NCBI GenBank assembly: GCA_965228735.1
Contig: OZ245838.1
Span: forward strand, 6,016,001 to 6,080,000
DNA from: Planctomycetota bacterium
GTDB lineage: Bacteria; Planctomycetota; UBA1135; UBA2386
Length of the DNA stretch: 64,000 bases
Direction: 5' to 3'
The notes under the pieces were generated by a model that saw nothing but the letters and a program-made list of their open reading frames with translations, ran no database searches and was not told the origin of the DNA. The stretch's first letter is position 1. Each line of letters starts with the position of its first letter. The translations under genes were made by a program, and so were the position numbers. Shown in pieces: positions 55,367 to 64,000 of the stretch.

Positions 55367-57826
55367 CTAAAAAGCCCCGACCGTGAGCTCGAGCGCGTTC
55401 GAGCTGCTGAGCGACATCAGCAGACCGCCGCCGTCGAGCTCGACCTGGATGTACTGATGCGACAGCGGCAGTCCGGCGAACGCGGGGTCGTTGGGGATCG
55501 AGAACGCGTACTCGACCGCGCCGGCGATCGGCAGGCCGAGGAACGTCGCCTCGGTGTTCGCGAGCAGGTCGCAGTTGGGCAGGGCCGCCGGGTCGAACGC
55601 CTGGAGCGGCACGTTCTGCGAGCCGATGCCGACGAGCCCGAACGCGAGGGCGCCGGGCAGGAACCCGTTCGCCGTGGACTCGAACGTCGAGCCGGTCCAC
55701 GGCAGCGTGCTGCTGGTCAGCGTGATCGGACCCGCGGGGCCGACGCACGCCGTGGTCACGTTGGTGAGCGTCGCCGGGCAGGTCGTCGTGACGATCGCGA
55801 GGTTGCCCGCGGCGCCGCTGCCGGCCAGCGTCAGCGAACCGCCGACCGCGAGATCACCGTTCGGCAGCTGCGCGAGCGCCGTGAGGTCGCTGTCGGTGTC
55901 CGTGCCGAGGAGCGGCGCCCACGCGGTCCCGTCGAACCGCGCGAGGTTCGCGACCGCGACACCGCCGGCCGTGGCGAAGCTGCCCGCCACGACGAGGTCG
56001 CCGTTCTGCAGCTCGACGACCGCGCGCGCCGGGCCGTCGACGCCGCCGCCGAGATCGTCCCACGTCGCGCCGTTCCAGCGCGCCACTCCGTTCGCGGGCA
56101 CCCCGTCGACGCCGGTGAACTCGCCGACGATCACGAGGTCGCCGTTCCCGCGTTCGAGCACGTCGAGCACGATGCCGCCCGTCGGGCTCGCGAACGGCGT
56201 CCACGCGCTGCCGTCCCAGGTCGACAACTGCGGGCCGAGGATCGGATCGCGGTGCGCGGCGAGCAGATCGCCGCTGCCGAGCTCGATCACCGCGCGCGGA
56301 TCCTGCGGCAGGCCGCCGCCGAGCGTCGACCACGTCGCGCCGTTCCAGCGCGCGACCCGCGACGCGAGGATGCCGCCGATCGTCGTGAAGTTGCCGACCG
56401 CGACGAGGTCGCCGGCCGCGGTCACGACGAGGTCGCGCACGGTGTTGTTGGCGTCGCCCATCGACTGCCACGCGTTGCCGTCCCAGCGCGCGATGCGATC
56501 GATCGACTGCCCGCCCGCGGACCGGAAGTCGCCGCCCGCGATGATCTCGCCCGCGCGCTCGACGACGGTGCGCGGGATGTTGACCTCGAAGCCGCCGCCG
56601 AATGCGTGCCACTGCGTGCCGTCCCAGCGCGCGATGCGGTTGGCCGGCGTCGTGCCGGCCGCGAGGAACGAGCCGACCGCGATCAGGTCGCCGTCGCCGT
56701 TGACGAAGAGATCCTCGACCGGCAGGTTGAGCCCGTGCCCGGCGCCGAGCGGTTGCCACGCGCTGCCGTCCCACTCTGCCGCACCGCGCGCGCCGACGCC
56801 GCCAACCGTGAGGATGTTGCCGCACATCACGAACCCGGTCGGCGTCGGCAGGAGATCGCGCACGTTCCACGGGTCGCCGAAGGCCTGCCACGTCGTGCCG
56901 CTGCGGCGGGCGAGGCCGCGGATGTTGGTGCCGCCGACGTTGGTGAAGTCACCGCCGATCAGCAGATCGCCGTTCGGCAGGTCGAGGAACGCGTAGACGG
57001 CCTGGTCGGCGCCGCCGAGGTTCTCCCAGATCGAGCCGTTCCAGCGCGCGAAGCGTTGGATCGGCGCGCCGCCGATGAACGTGAAGAAGCCACCGGCGAG
57101 GAGGTTGCCCGCGGCATCGACGTGCAGCGCTTCGACGATCGCCGAGGCGCCACCGCCGAACTGCTGCCACGACACGCCGTCCCAGACCGCGAGGTAGTTG
57201 GTCGCGACCGCGCCGGCGTTGAGGAAGTTGCCGCCGGCGACGAGGTCGCCGTTCGGCAGTTCGGCGAGCGTGTACGCCGGGCGGTCGAAGCCCGTGCCGA
57301 TCGCGGAGAACGTCGCCCCATCCCAGCGGGCCACGCGGTCGACGGGAACGCCCGCGATCGACGTGAAGAACCCGGCGAACGCGAGGTCGCCGCTGCTCAG
57401 CACTTCGATCGCGCGCACGACGCTGTTGCTGTCGTGGTCGGTCCACGTCGTGCCGTCGAAGCTCGCGAGCCGCACGGCTGGTTGGCCATCGATCGTGGTG
57501 AACGCACCGCCGACCCAGAGGTCGCCGTTGCCGTCGACCGCGACGGCCTCGACGTTGCCGTCGAGCGCGGCGATCGCGTGCCACTCGGTGCCGTCGAAGC
57601 GCGCGAGCTTGCTCGCGGCGACGTTGCCCGCGGCGACGAACTCACCGCCGACGACGAGTTGTTCCGCGAGCGGTCCCGCGCCATCGGGGTCCCACATCGT
57701 CGCGCAGTAGCCCCAGCGGCTGAGACCGGCGAAGCCGAGCCCGGGAACGAACTCGTTGTCGCACTGCGAACGCAACGGGCCACTGCTCGCGAGCCCCGCG
57801 AGCAGGATGAGCGTGGTGGCTCTCAT
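55367..57826 (-). CDS. Secreted beta-propeller repeat protein with conserved C-terminal domain (paralog of 15221-17647)
   Basis: Signal peptide MRATTLILLAGL; about 14 ARW(D/N)GxxW...NGDLxxxGxF repeats; start reassigned to ATG 57826. Confidence 0.88.
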   Translation of the reverse strand: MRATTLILLAGLASSGPLRSQCDNEFVPGLGFAGLSRWGYCATMWDPDGAGPLAEQLVVGGEFVAAGNVAASKLARFDGTEWHAIAALDGNVEAVAVDGNGDLWVGGAFTTIDGQPAVRLASFDGTTWTDHDSNSVVRAIEVLSSGDLAFAGFFTSIAGVPVDRVARWDGATFSAIGTGFDRPAYTLAELPNGDLVAGGNFLNAGAVATNYLAVWDGVSWQQFGGGASAIVEALHVDAAGNLLAGGFFTFIGGAPIQRFARWNGSIWENLGGADQAVYAFLDLPNGDLLIGGDFTNVGGTNIRGLARRSGTTWQAFGDPWNVRDLLPTPTGFVMCGNILTVGGVGARGAAEWDGSAWQPLGAGHGLNLPVEDLFVNGDGDLIAVGSFLAAGTTPANRIARWDGTQWHAFGGGFEVNIPRTVVERAGEIIAGGDFRSAGGQSIDRIARWDGNAWQSMGDANNTVRDLVVTAAGDLVAVGNFTTIGGILASRVARWNGATWSTLGGGLPQDPRAVIELGSGDLLAAHRDPILGPQLSTWDGSAWTPFASPTGGIVLDVLERGNGDLVIVGEFTGVDGVPANGVARWNGATWDDLGGGVDGPARAVVELQNGDLVVAGSFATAGGVAVANLARFDGTAWAPLLGTDTDSDLTALAQLPNGDLAVGGSLTLAGSGAAGNLAIVTTTCPATLTNVTTACVGPAGPITLTSSTLPWTGSTFESTANGFLPGALAFGLVGIGSQNVPLQAFDPAALPNCDLLANTEATFLGLPIAGAVEYAFSIPNDPAFAGLPLSHQYIQVELDGGGLLMSLSSSNALELTVGAF

Positions 57827-58030
57827 GGACGGCGACGATACCGGAAACCACTCGGTTCGGGCACGGCGACGGCAGGGTCGCAACGCCCTTCCCGGGCGGC
57901 AATGCGGCGCAGTGGAAACCTTCACGCGATGTTCGCGTGTGACGCCAGCCGGAGCGCGCGCGGGGCGCGATCTGCCGTTGCCAACGAGACGACCGTGGGG
58001 TGTCGCGCGTCCGCGGATACCCTCGCGCCC

Positions 58031-58999
58031 GTGACCGACTCCCACGCGTATCCCCCGCTCGAGCCGTTCGACACCGGCGAGCTCGCCGTCACCGCGCCGC
58101 ACGTGCTCTACTACGAGCAGTGCGGCAAACCCGACGGCGAGCCCATGCTGTTCCTGCACGGTGGCCCGGGCGCGGGCTGCACGACGACCGACCGCCGGTT
58201 CTTCGACCCCGAGCACTTTCGGGTCGTGCTGTTCGACCAACGCGGCTGCGGCCGGTCGCGACCCGTCGGAGAGCTAACGAACAACTCGCCCGATGACCTC
58301 GTTGCGGATATCGAGCGGTTGCGTGAGCACCTCGGCATCGACACGTGGCACGTCTTCGGCGGCTCGTGGGGCAGCACGCTGTCGCTCGCGTATGCGCAGT
58401 CGCACCCCGAGCGTTGCCGCAGTCTGACCCTGCGCGGCATCTGGCTGCTGACGCAGGAGGAGATCGAGTGGTGGCTCTACGGCATGCGCCTCATCCAGCC
58501 CGAACGCTGGCGGGAGTTCGCCGCGATGGTGCCCGAGGCCGAGCGCGGCAATCTGCTCGACGGGTACTGGCAGCTGTTCGACAGCGCGGATCGTGACGTC
58601 GCGTATCGCGCCGCCGCGGCGTGGGCGAAGTACGAGTTCGCGAGCTGCACGCTGCTGCCGAACCCCGAGTTCCTCGCGCAGGTCGACAATCCCGAGGTGT
58701 CGTGGGCCGTGGCCCGCCTCGAGGCGCACTACTTCCGCAACGTGCGCTTCGATCCCGACGATCGCCTGCTGCAGAACGTCGACCGCGTGCGATCGATCCC
58801 CGGGTTCATCGTGCACGGGCGCTACGACATCGTCTGTCCGATCAAGAGTGCGTTCGACCTGCACGAACGCTGGCCCGAGTCGAGTCTCGTCGTCGTCGAC
58901 GACGCCGGCCACAGCTCGCACGAGCCCGGCATCATGAAGCAGCTCGTCGCCGCGACGGATCGGATCCGCGATCACGGCAGCCCGGTCGTGCGCGATTAG
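58031..58999 (+). CDS. pip: Proline iminopeptidase (S33)
   Basis: HGGPGAG, DQRGCGRS, GGSWG nucleophile, GRYDIVCP, AGHS; GTG start. Confidence 0.95.
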   Translation: MTDSHAYPPLEPFDTGELAVTAPHVLYYEQCGKPDGEPMLFLHGGPGAGCTTTDRRFFDPEHFRVVLFDQRGCGRSRPVGELTNNSPDDLVADIERLREHLGIDTWHVFGGSWGSTLSLAYAQSHPERCRSLTLRGIWLLTQEEIEWWLYGMRLIQPERWREFAAMVPEAERGNLLDGYWQLFDSADRDVAYRAAAAWAKYEFASCTLLPNPEFLAQVDNPEVSWAVARLEAHYFRNVRFDPDDRLLQNVDRVRSIPGFIVHGRYDIVCPIKSAFDLHERWPESSLVVVDDAGHSSHEPGIMKQLVAATDRIRDHGSPVVRD

Positions 59000-59979
59000 T
59001 CGACCGCAGCCGTGTGGAGCTCGCGCCAGCGCGACGCGATGTCTTCCGGCGGCCGCGGCGCAATGGCGACAGGCGGTGCACACAGGGCGGCCGCGATCGC
59101 GTCGACGTCCGTCGGATCGACGAACGTCGCGACTCTGCCCGCGATCTCGCCCGCAGTCTCGCCCGTAATCTCTCCCGCGATCTCTCGATGGGGCGGAATG
59201 TCGGAGCAGATCAGCGGGGCGCCGTGCACGAGCGCTTCGAGCACCGGCAGACCGAACCCCTCGTAGAGCGAGCACTGCACGACCGCGCGACACGTCGCGA
59301 GCAGTTCGGCCTTCTCCGCCTCGGTCACGTAGTCGTCCGGAGGGCCGACGAAGCGCAGGTCCGGCAGGGTCGGGTCGGCGCGGCGCGCGATCGCGTACGC
59401 CTGTCGAACGCGGTCGCGGTTCTTGCGCGGTCGGTCGTCGCCGAACGTCACGAACGGACCGTTCCGCGGCGGCGCGGCGGCACGGGCCGGCGCCGGTGGG
59501 GTGACATGTGGCACGAGCCGCAGCGTCCGTTCGGTGCCGAGGAGTCGGGCGGCGGCCGCGAGCGTGAAACGCGACGGCGCGATCACGAGCGTGGCCGAAC
59601 GCAGCGCGCGCGTGGTCGCAAACCGCCGCCACCACGTCGAACGTTCGCCGGCTTCGGGGTGCAGCCACGGCAGGTCGTGAACCGTCGCGATCGTCGGGCA
59701 CGGTGCGCGCAGCGGGACGGCGGCGACGGAGCTGTGCAGGACAGCGGCGCCGAGATCGCGCACCAGTCGCGGGATCTCAAGTTGGCGGCGCCAGGCGCCG
59801 TGCGGCGCGGCGACGGTTCGCACCTCCGGCAGCTCGCTCCCGTGCGCGTCTTCTGGCACGAGCACGATCATGTCGTCGCCGAAGCGCTCCGCGTATTGCG
59901 TCAGCCCCGTGAGGAACGCGCGCGCCACACCCGTCACCGGGCCGTCCGCGAGGCAGATCGCATCGAACGCGACCTTCAC
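58996..59979 (-). CDS. Glycosyltransferase family 4
   Basis: TGVAR, TVHDL, RPRKN, SLYEGFGLPVLEA, SDIP.HREI; GTG start overlapping upstream stop. Confidence 0.9.
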   Translation of the reverse strand: MKVAFDAICLADGPVTGVARAFLTGLTQYAERFGDDMIVLVPEDAHGSELPEVRTVAAPHGAWRRQLEIPRLVRDLGAAVLHSSVAAVPLRAPCPTIATVHDLPWLHPEAGERSTWWRRFATTRALRSATLVIAPSRFTLAAAARLLGTERTLRLVPHVTPPAPARAAAPPRNGPFVTFGDDRPRKNRDRVRQAYAIARRADPTLPDLRFVGPPDDYVTEAEKAELLATCRAVVQCSLYEGFGLPVLEALVHGAPLICSDIPPHREIAGEITGETAGEIAGRVATFVDPTDVDAIAAALCAPPVAIAPRPPEDIASRWRELHTAAVD

Positions 59980-61049
59980 GGGGCGAGCTCGCGGTAGAGC
60001 GCGGCATGCTGCGCAGCGCAGTCCGCCCAGCGGTAGCGGGCGGCGTGCTGTCGCCCGGCAGCGACGCGGCCGATGCGATCGGTGAGTGCGGTCTCGATTC
60101 CGGCCGCGAGGGCCTCGGGGTTCGTCGCGTCGACGAGTAGCGCAGCTGCGCCGGCGATCTCGCGCAGCGCGGGCGTGTCGTTGCAGACGACGGGCACACC
60201 ACAGCGCATCGCCTCGAGCGGCGGCAGGCCGAAGCCTTCCCACAGCGACGGATAGACCAGCAGCTCCGCGTGGTGCAGCAATCGCCAGACCTGCGCGTCG
60301 TCGGCGCGGCGCAGCCACGTGACGTGCCCCGCGCGCTCGGCGGCTTCGAGGTCGCGCACGATCGCGTCGCACTCCCAGCCGACGCCGCCGACCACGACGA
60401 GGTGTGGCGCGACATCACCTGGCAGCGCGCGCCAGGCCTGCAGCAGCGTCCGGTGGTTCTTGCGCGGCTCGATCGTGCCCAGGCAGAGCGCGTACGGAGC
60501 GCCGCCGCGCGGGTGGTCAGCGCTACGCGGTGGCACGTGGTCGGCGCCGAACGGAATGACGCGCGGCTCGACCGTCGGCGTGAACTCCCGCAGGTCGGCC
60601 GCCGTCGTCGCGGATGGCACGACGACGGCATCCGCGCGTTCGATCGCCAGCCGCGTTCGTTCTCGCAGCGTCACGGCGTCCTGGCCGTGCCACGACGGCT
60701 CGCGGACGAACGCGAGGTCGTGCACCGTGAAGACGGTCCGCGCCCGCCGCACCGGCGGCTGGATGAAGTCGAGCCAGTGGAAGACCCGCGCCGAGCCCGC
60801 GAGTCGTTCGGCGCCGAGCCCGAATCGCGCGAGCGCCGGCAGGCCGCGGCCGGGCAGCGGCAGGCGATGCAGTCGGGCCGCTGCGGGGATCTCCGGCTGC
60901 ACGCGCGCGGCCGCCACGCTGTGGCCGAAGAGATGCACGAGGAGTTCGTCGTGGCCCGCGAGGTGCCGGGCGAGCTCGCGCGTCACGCGACCGATGCCAG
61001 CGCGGGACAGGAGCGCGGGGCGGTAGTCGAGGGCGATGGGCAGGCGCAC
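59976..61049 (-). CDS. Glycosyltransferase family 4
   Basis: AGIGR, TVHDL, GTIEPRKN, PSLWEGFGLPPLEAM; GTG start at 61049. Confidence 0.92.
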   Translation of the reverse strand: MRLPIALDYRPALLSRAGIGRVTRELARHLAGHDELLVHLFGHSVAAARVQPEIPAAARLHRLPLPGRGLPALARFGLGAERLAGSARVFHWLDFIQPPVRRARTVFTVHDLAFVREPSWHGQDAVTLRERTRLAIERADAVVVPSATTAADLREFTPTVEPRVIPFGADHVPPRSADHPRGGAPYALCLGTIEPRKNHRTLLQAWRALPGDVAPHLVVVGGVGWECDAIVRDLEAAERAGHVTWLRRADDAQVWRLLHHAELLVYPSLWEGFGLPPLEAMRCGVPVVCNDTPALREIAGAAALLVDATNPEALAAGIETALTDRIGRVAAGRQHAARYRWADCAAQHAALYRELAP

Positions 61050-61116
61050 GGCGGCGGAGAAGATCACGATACCTGGGACGTCGGCGAGGCTATCCTCTTC
61101 CCGTCCTCCCCACGGC

Positions 61117-62679
61117 ATGCAACGTACCAACGCCCTGCTCCTCGTCACCGTCCTGATCGGGCTCGCGATCATGACGCTCTGGCGTCTGACGGCCGAGGAG
61201 ATCCGACCGCTCGATCCGAGCGACCCGGTATCGGATTCGGGTGAGGGCGTAGCGAGTGGCGACTCGGGCGGGGCTGGCGACGCCGGCGGTGGCAGCCAAC
61301 CCCTCGTCGAACTCGCGCCGGGGGCGCCCCGGGTCGTGGTTCGGGTCACGGCGCGCGAACGCTACGTGTTGCCCGATCCGTCGCCGGTTCGGGCCGTGTT
61401 GCTGCCGCGGCGCGACCCGCTGCCGACCACGCTCCTCGCGGGCACGGGCGCGGAGCCCTGGGCCGGAGCGCAGGCGGAACGCGCCCCGCGCGCCGGTGCC
61501 GCGCTCGTTCGCGTCGCGATCGACGGCAGCTTCCTCGTGCGGCAGGCCGTCGTCGACCCGGCAGTCGGCACGGCGGAGCTTCTGATCGGCAGTGAGCTGC
61601 GCATCACGGGCACGATCCGCGATGCGACGAGGCAGCCCGTGCAGGACGCGCGCGTCTGGCTCGGGCAACTCGAGAGCGACGGCCGCACGCGGCACGTGCG
61701 CACGGACGGGGAGGGGCGGTTCGAGGTGTCGGTGCGCGCGGGGCCGGGTGTGCCGTTCGTCGCGTGGGCCGAGGGACACGCGGCAGCGTGGCGGGCGGTC
61801 ACAATCGGTGTCGATCTCGATCGTGACCTCGAGATCACGCTGCCGGCCGGCGGCGAACTCACGGTGCAGCTCGCCGGCCAGGCCGTCGAGGTCCAGCGCG
61901 GTCAGGCGTTCGTCACGCCGGCCGCCGCGATCTCCGCCGAACTCGCGAGCTACCCGTTCTTCCTGCAGGGGCTCGTCGGTGGGATCGAGTTCGACGCGCG
62001 CGGCCGCGGGCGCGGCACGTTCCTGCCGCAGAACGGCAACGTCGGGGTCACGCTCGTGCACCCGCTCCTCGCGATCGGTCGGAACAAGGAGGTCGAACTC
62101 GGTGAACGGGAGCAGTGTGTCGTGCCCGTCGACTTCCGACCCGCGTGGCGCACGCGGGTCACGGACAGCGGCGGCGTGGCGGTCCCCGCCGTCGAGGCGT
62201 TGTTGCGGCCCGAGGGGCGGCGGCCCGCGGTCGTGTCGCGTCAGCGCCTGTTGCCGCCGCACGTCGGCGCGGCCGGCTGCTACTACGCCAAGGCCGACCC
62301 CGACGGCGCGCTGCTCATCGCGCGACCGAGTGCGGGCGACGTGCTCGCGCTGCGGGCGCCGGGGTTTGCCGGGCGCGACGTCGTGATCCGTGACGCCCTG
62401 CCCGAGCCCATCACGCTGCATGCCTGGGACGGGACCGAGCCGGCGCTCGCATTGCAGCCGCCGGTCACAGGCCGCGACTGGCGCGCCGAGTTCAGCCTAG
62501 GCGAAGGCGTGACGATCGATCTGCCGGCCGGCGAGGCCGCGATCGTGGCGTTGCCCCACGCCGGTCGGTTCGCGGTCGAGATGATCACGTTCGTCGGCGA
62601 GGAGGAACGCGGCCGCGAGGATCTCGGCGAGATCGTTGCCACGGGCCGGACCGCGCTCCAGGCGCCGCGGATCGAGTGA
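61117..62679 (+). CDS. Membrane-anchored protein with carboxypeptidase-regulatory-like (prealbumin-fold) domains
   Basis: N-terminal TM; ITGTIRD...PVQDARV...RTDGEGRF motif; start ATG 61117. Confidence 0.75.
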   Translation: MQRTNALLLVTVLIGLAIMTLWRLTAEEIRPLDPSDPVSDSGEGVASGDSGGAGDAGGGSQPLVELAPGAPRVVVRVTARERYVLPDPSPVRAVLLPRRDPLPTTLLAGTGAEPWAGAQAERAPRAGAALVRVAIDGSFLVRQAVVDPAVGTAELLIGSELRITGTIRDATRQPVQDARVWLGQLESDGRTRHVRTDGEGRFEVSVRAGPGVPFVAWAEGHAAAWRAVTIGVDLDRDLEITLPAGGELTVQLAGQAVEVQRGQAFVTPAAAISAELASYPFFLQGLVGGIEFDARGRGRGTFLPQNGNVGVTLVHPLLAIGRNKEVELGEREQCVVPVDFRPAWRTRVTDSGGVAVPAVEALLRPEGRRPAVVSRQRLLPPHVGAAGCYYAKADPDGALLIARPSAGDVLALRAPGFAGRDVVIRDALPEPITLHAWDGTEPALALQPPVTGRDWRAEFSLGEGVTIDLPAGEAAIVALPHAGRFAVEMITFVGEEERGREDLGEIVATGRTALQAPRIE

Positions 62680-62699
62680 GTCCCGCCGCGCGCGACTGA

Positions 62700-62886
62700 C
62701 GCACTCTGCGACACACCGGGTCGGGAGTCTCTCGGCGAGACGCGTGGACCGCGCGATGGGACCGCACCGTGCGCGCCGGGCGACCGGGGCGCTGGCGGTC
62801 CGTCCGACCCGAGCATCGAACTCGGGGTATCCTGTCCGTGCGTGTCGCTTCCGTGGCGCGCACCTCGTGTGGCTTCGTTGTGTGGT
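62700..62886 (+). ncRNA. Candidate structured ncRNA (6S-like long irregular hairpin); boundaries approximate
   Basis: Nested pairings 62769-62777/62855-62863, 62780-62784/62844-62848, 62807-62813/62821-62828 in a 300 nt intergenic gap followed by a terminator. Confidence 0.4.
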
Positions 62887-62924
62887 GGGGGGCCGGTCCT
62901 TCGGGGCCGGCCCCCGCTTTTTTT
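62887..62924 (+). terminator. Rho-independent terminator
   Basis: GGGGGCCGGTCC-TTCG-GGGCCGGCCCCC followed by GC and T7. Confidence 0.88.
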
Positions 62925-62983
62925 CCTCCGCGTCACACTGCGCCGTCGACCCGACCTGGCCGGCGCGCGAAGCTCTGTCGCCA

Positions 62984-64000
62984 GTGAGCATCCTGCGCGA
63001 CCCCGTCCACGGTGACATCGAGCTGACGGCCGATGAACTGCGACTCGTCGACACGGCCGAGTTCCAGCGCCTGCGCGGCATCAAGCAACTCGGTTCGGCG
63101 AGCCTCGTCTTCCCCGGTGCGGTGCACACGCGGTTCGAGCACTCGATCGGCACGATGCACCTGGCGGACCGTCTGCTCGATGCGTGCAACAAGAACGCGG
63201 CGCGGGATCCGGCCGGCTGCCATCGCGTGACCGAGGAGGAGCGTCGCATCCTGCGCGCCGCCGCGCTGCTGCACGACGTCACGCACATTCCTTACGGCCA
63301 CAACATCGAGGACCAGACGGGCCTGCTCGCGCGGCACGACGAACCCGAACGGTTCGCCGGCGTGCTCGGCGACACCGAGCTCGGGCGCGAACTCGAACGC
63401 CAGGGACTGCATCGCGAGGTGCTCGCCGTCCTCACGGGTGAGCCGGTCGCCGGCACCGGCGCGACCGTGCCGCCGTTCTGGCGGCAGGTCCTCAGTGACA
63501 CGATCGACGCCGACCTGCTCGACTACCTGCGGCGTGACGCGCTCTACACCGGGCTCGAGCTGCGCTACGACCGCCGTGTCCTCGACTACTTCCGCATCGA
63601 CCGCCGCACGCAGGAGCTGTTCGTCGACTGCGAGAAGAACGGCATGCTGCGCGAGGACATCGTCAGCGAGCTGCTGCGCGTGCTCGAGTGCCGCTACCAC
63701 TTCAGCGAACGCGTCTACTACCACCACGCCAAGATCGCGGCCGGCGCGCTGCTGTCGCGCATGGTCGAGCTCGCGCTGCGCAGCGGCGCGCTCGAGGGCG
63801 ACGAGCTGCAGACGATGACCGACGAGTCGCTCGTCGTGCGCCTCGCCGCGCTCGACCTCGGTGACGCGGAGCAGAACGCCCGGCTGCAGCGCTTCGTCGA
63901 ACGCTTCCGCCGCCGCGCGTTGCCGAAGCGCGTGCTCGTGCTGCCGTTCTACAGCAACCGCGACCAGCAAGACGAGCTGCTCGAGCGCTACTTCCAGCCA
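62984..64000 (+). CDS. HD-domain phosphohydrolase, dNTP triphosphohydrolase (SAMHD1/YdhJ-like); runs off right edge
   Basis: Manual translation: ILRDPVHGDIEL...EFQRLRGIKQLG..SLVFPGAVHTRFEHSIG...ALLHDVTHIPYGH...DADLLDYLRRD...VYYHH. Not in the ORF track. Confidence 0.92.
   Translation, partial: MSILRDPVHGDIELTADELRLVDTAEFQRLRGIKQLGSASLVFPGAVHTRFEHSIGTMHLADRLLDACNKNAARDPAGCHRVTEEERRILRAAALLHDVTHIPYGHNIEDQTGLLARHDEPERFAGVLGDTELGRELERQGLHREVLAVLTGEPVAGTGATVPPFWRQVLSDTIDADLLDYLRRDALYTGLELRYDRRVLDYFRIDRRTQELFVDCEKNGMLREDIVSELLRVLECRYHFSERVYYHHAKIAAGALLSRMVELALRSGALEGDELQTMTDESLVVRLAALDLGDAEQNARLQRFVERFRRRALPKRVLVLPFYSNRDQQDELLERYFQP

Noticed and set aside
55457..58030. 1180 aa ORF suggesting a large N-terminal fusion to Pip
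   Set aside because: Upstream part is the antisense shadow of the propeller gene; Pip homology begins at GTG 58031.
62984..64000. HD protein as an anti-phage dNTPase or Cas3 HD domain
   Set aside because: Motifs fit the widespread housekeeping HD family; no defence context is visible and the gene is truncated by the window edge.

Overview
High-GC bacterial chromosomal window with no rRNA, tRNA, transposase, integrase or CRISPR array. The gene content (ECF sigma factor with a large C-terminal extension, WDG-repeat secreted proteins, Gly/Arg/Pro-rich linkers) suggests a Planctomycetota-like organism, which is an inference. About 44 CDS. Left end: 5' part of icmF, an NTF2/SnoaL-like gene, and a tightly coupled 14 kb minus-strand operon of nine exported amidohydrolase-fold genes (ten domains), only two of which keep a full metal-ligand set. 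The remainder holds housekeeping genes (mfd, rnc, typA, maf, rpoZ, rsfS, hppA, dedA, cobB, pip), an ABC exporter pair, two prepilin-type proteins (one 1167 aa), three GT4 glycosyltransferases and a partial HD-domain gene. Best candidates for undescribed biology: (1) the mostly pseudo-enzyme amidohydrolase array; (2) a membrane-anchored protein with five (S/G)SK motif repeats translationally coupled to a di-iron desaturase/hydroxylase; (3) a C-terminal domain shared by three secreted proteins of two unrelated types; (4) a 6.75 x 104/105 bp tandem array built from a pilin gene's 3' end; (5) a candidate structured ncRNA. Many start codons were reassigned by eye relative to the ORF track. No database search was run.
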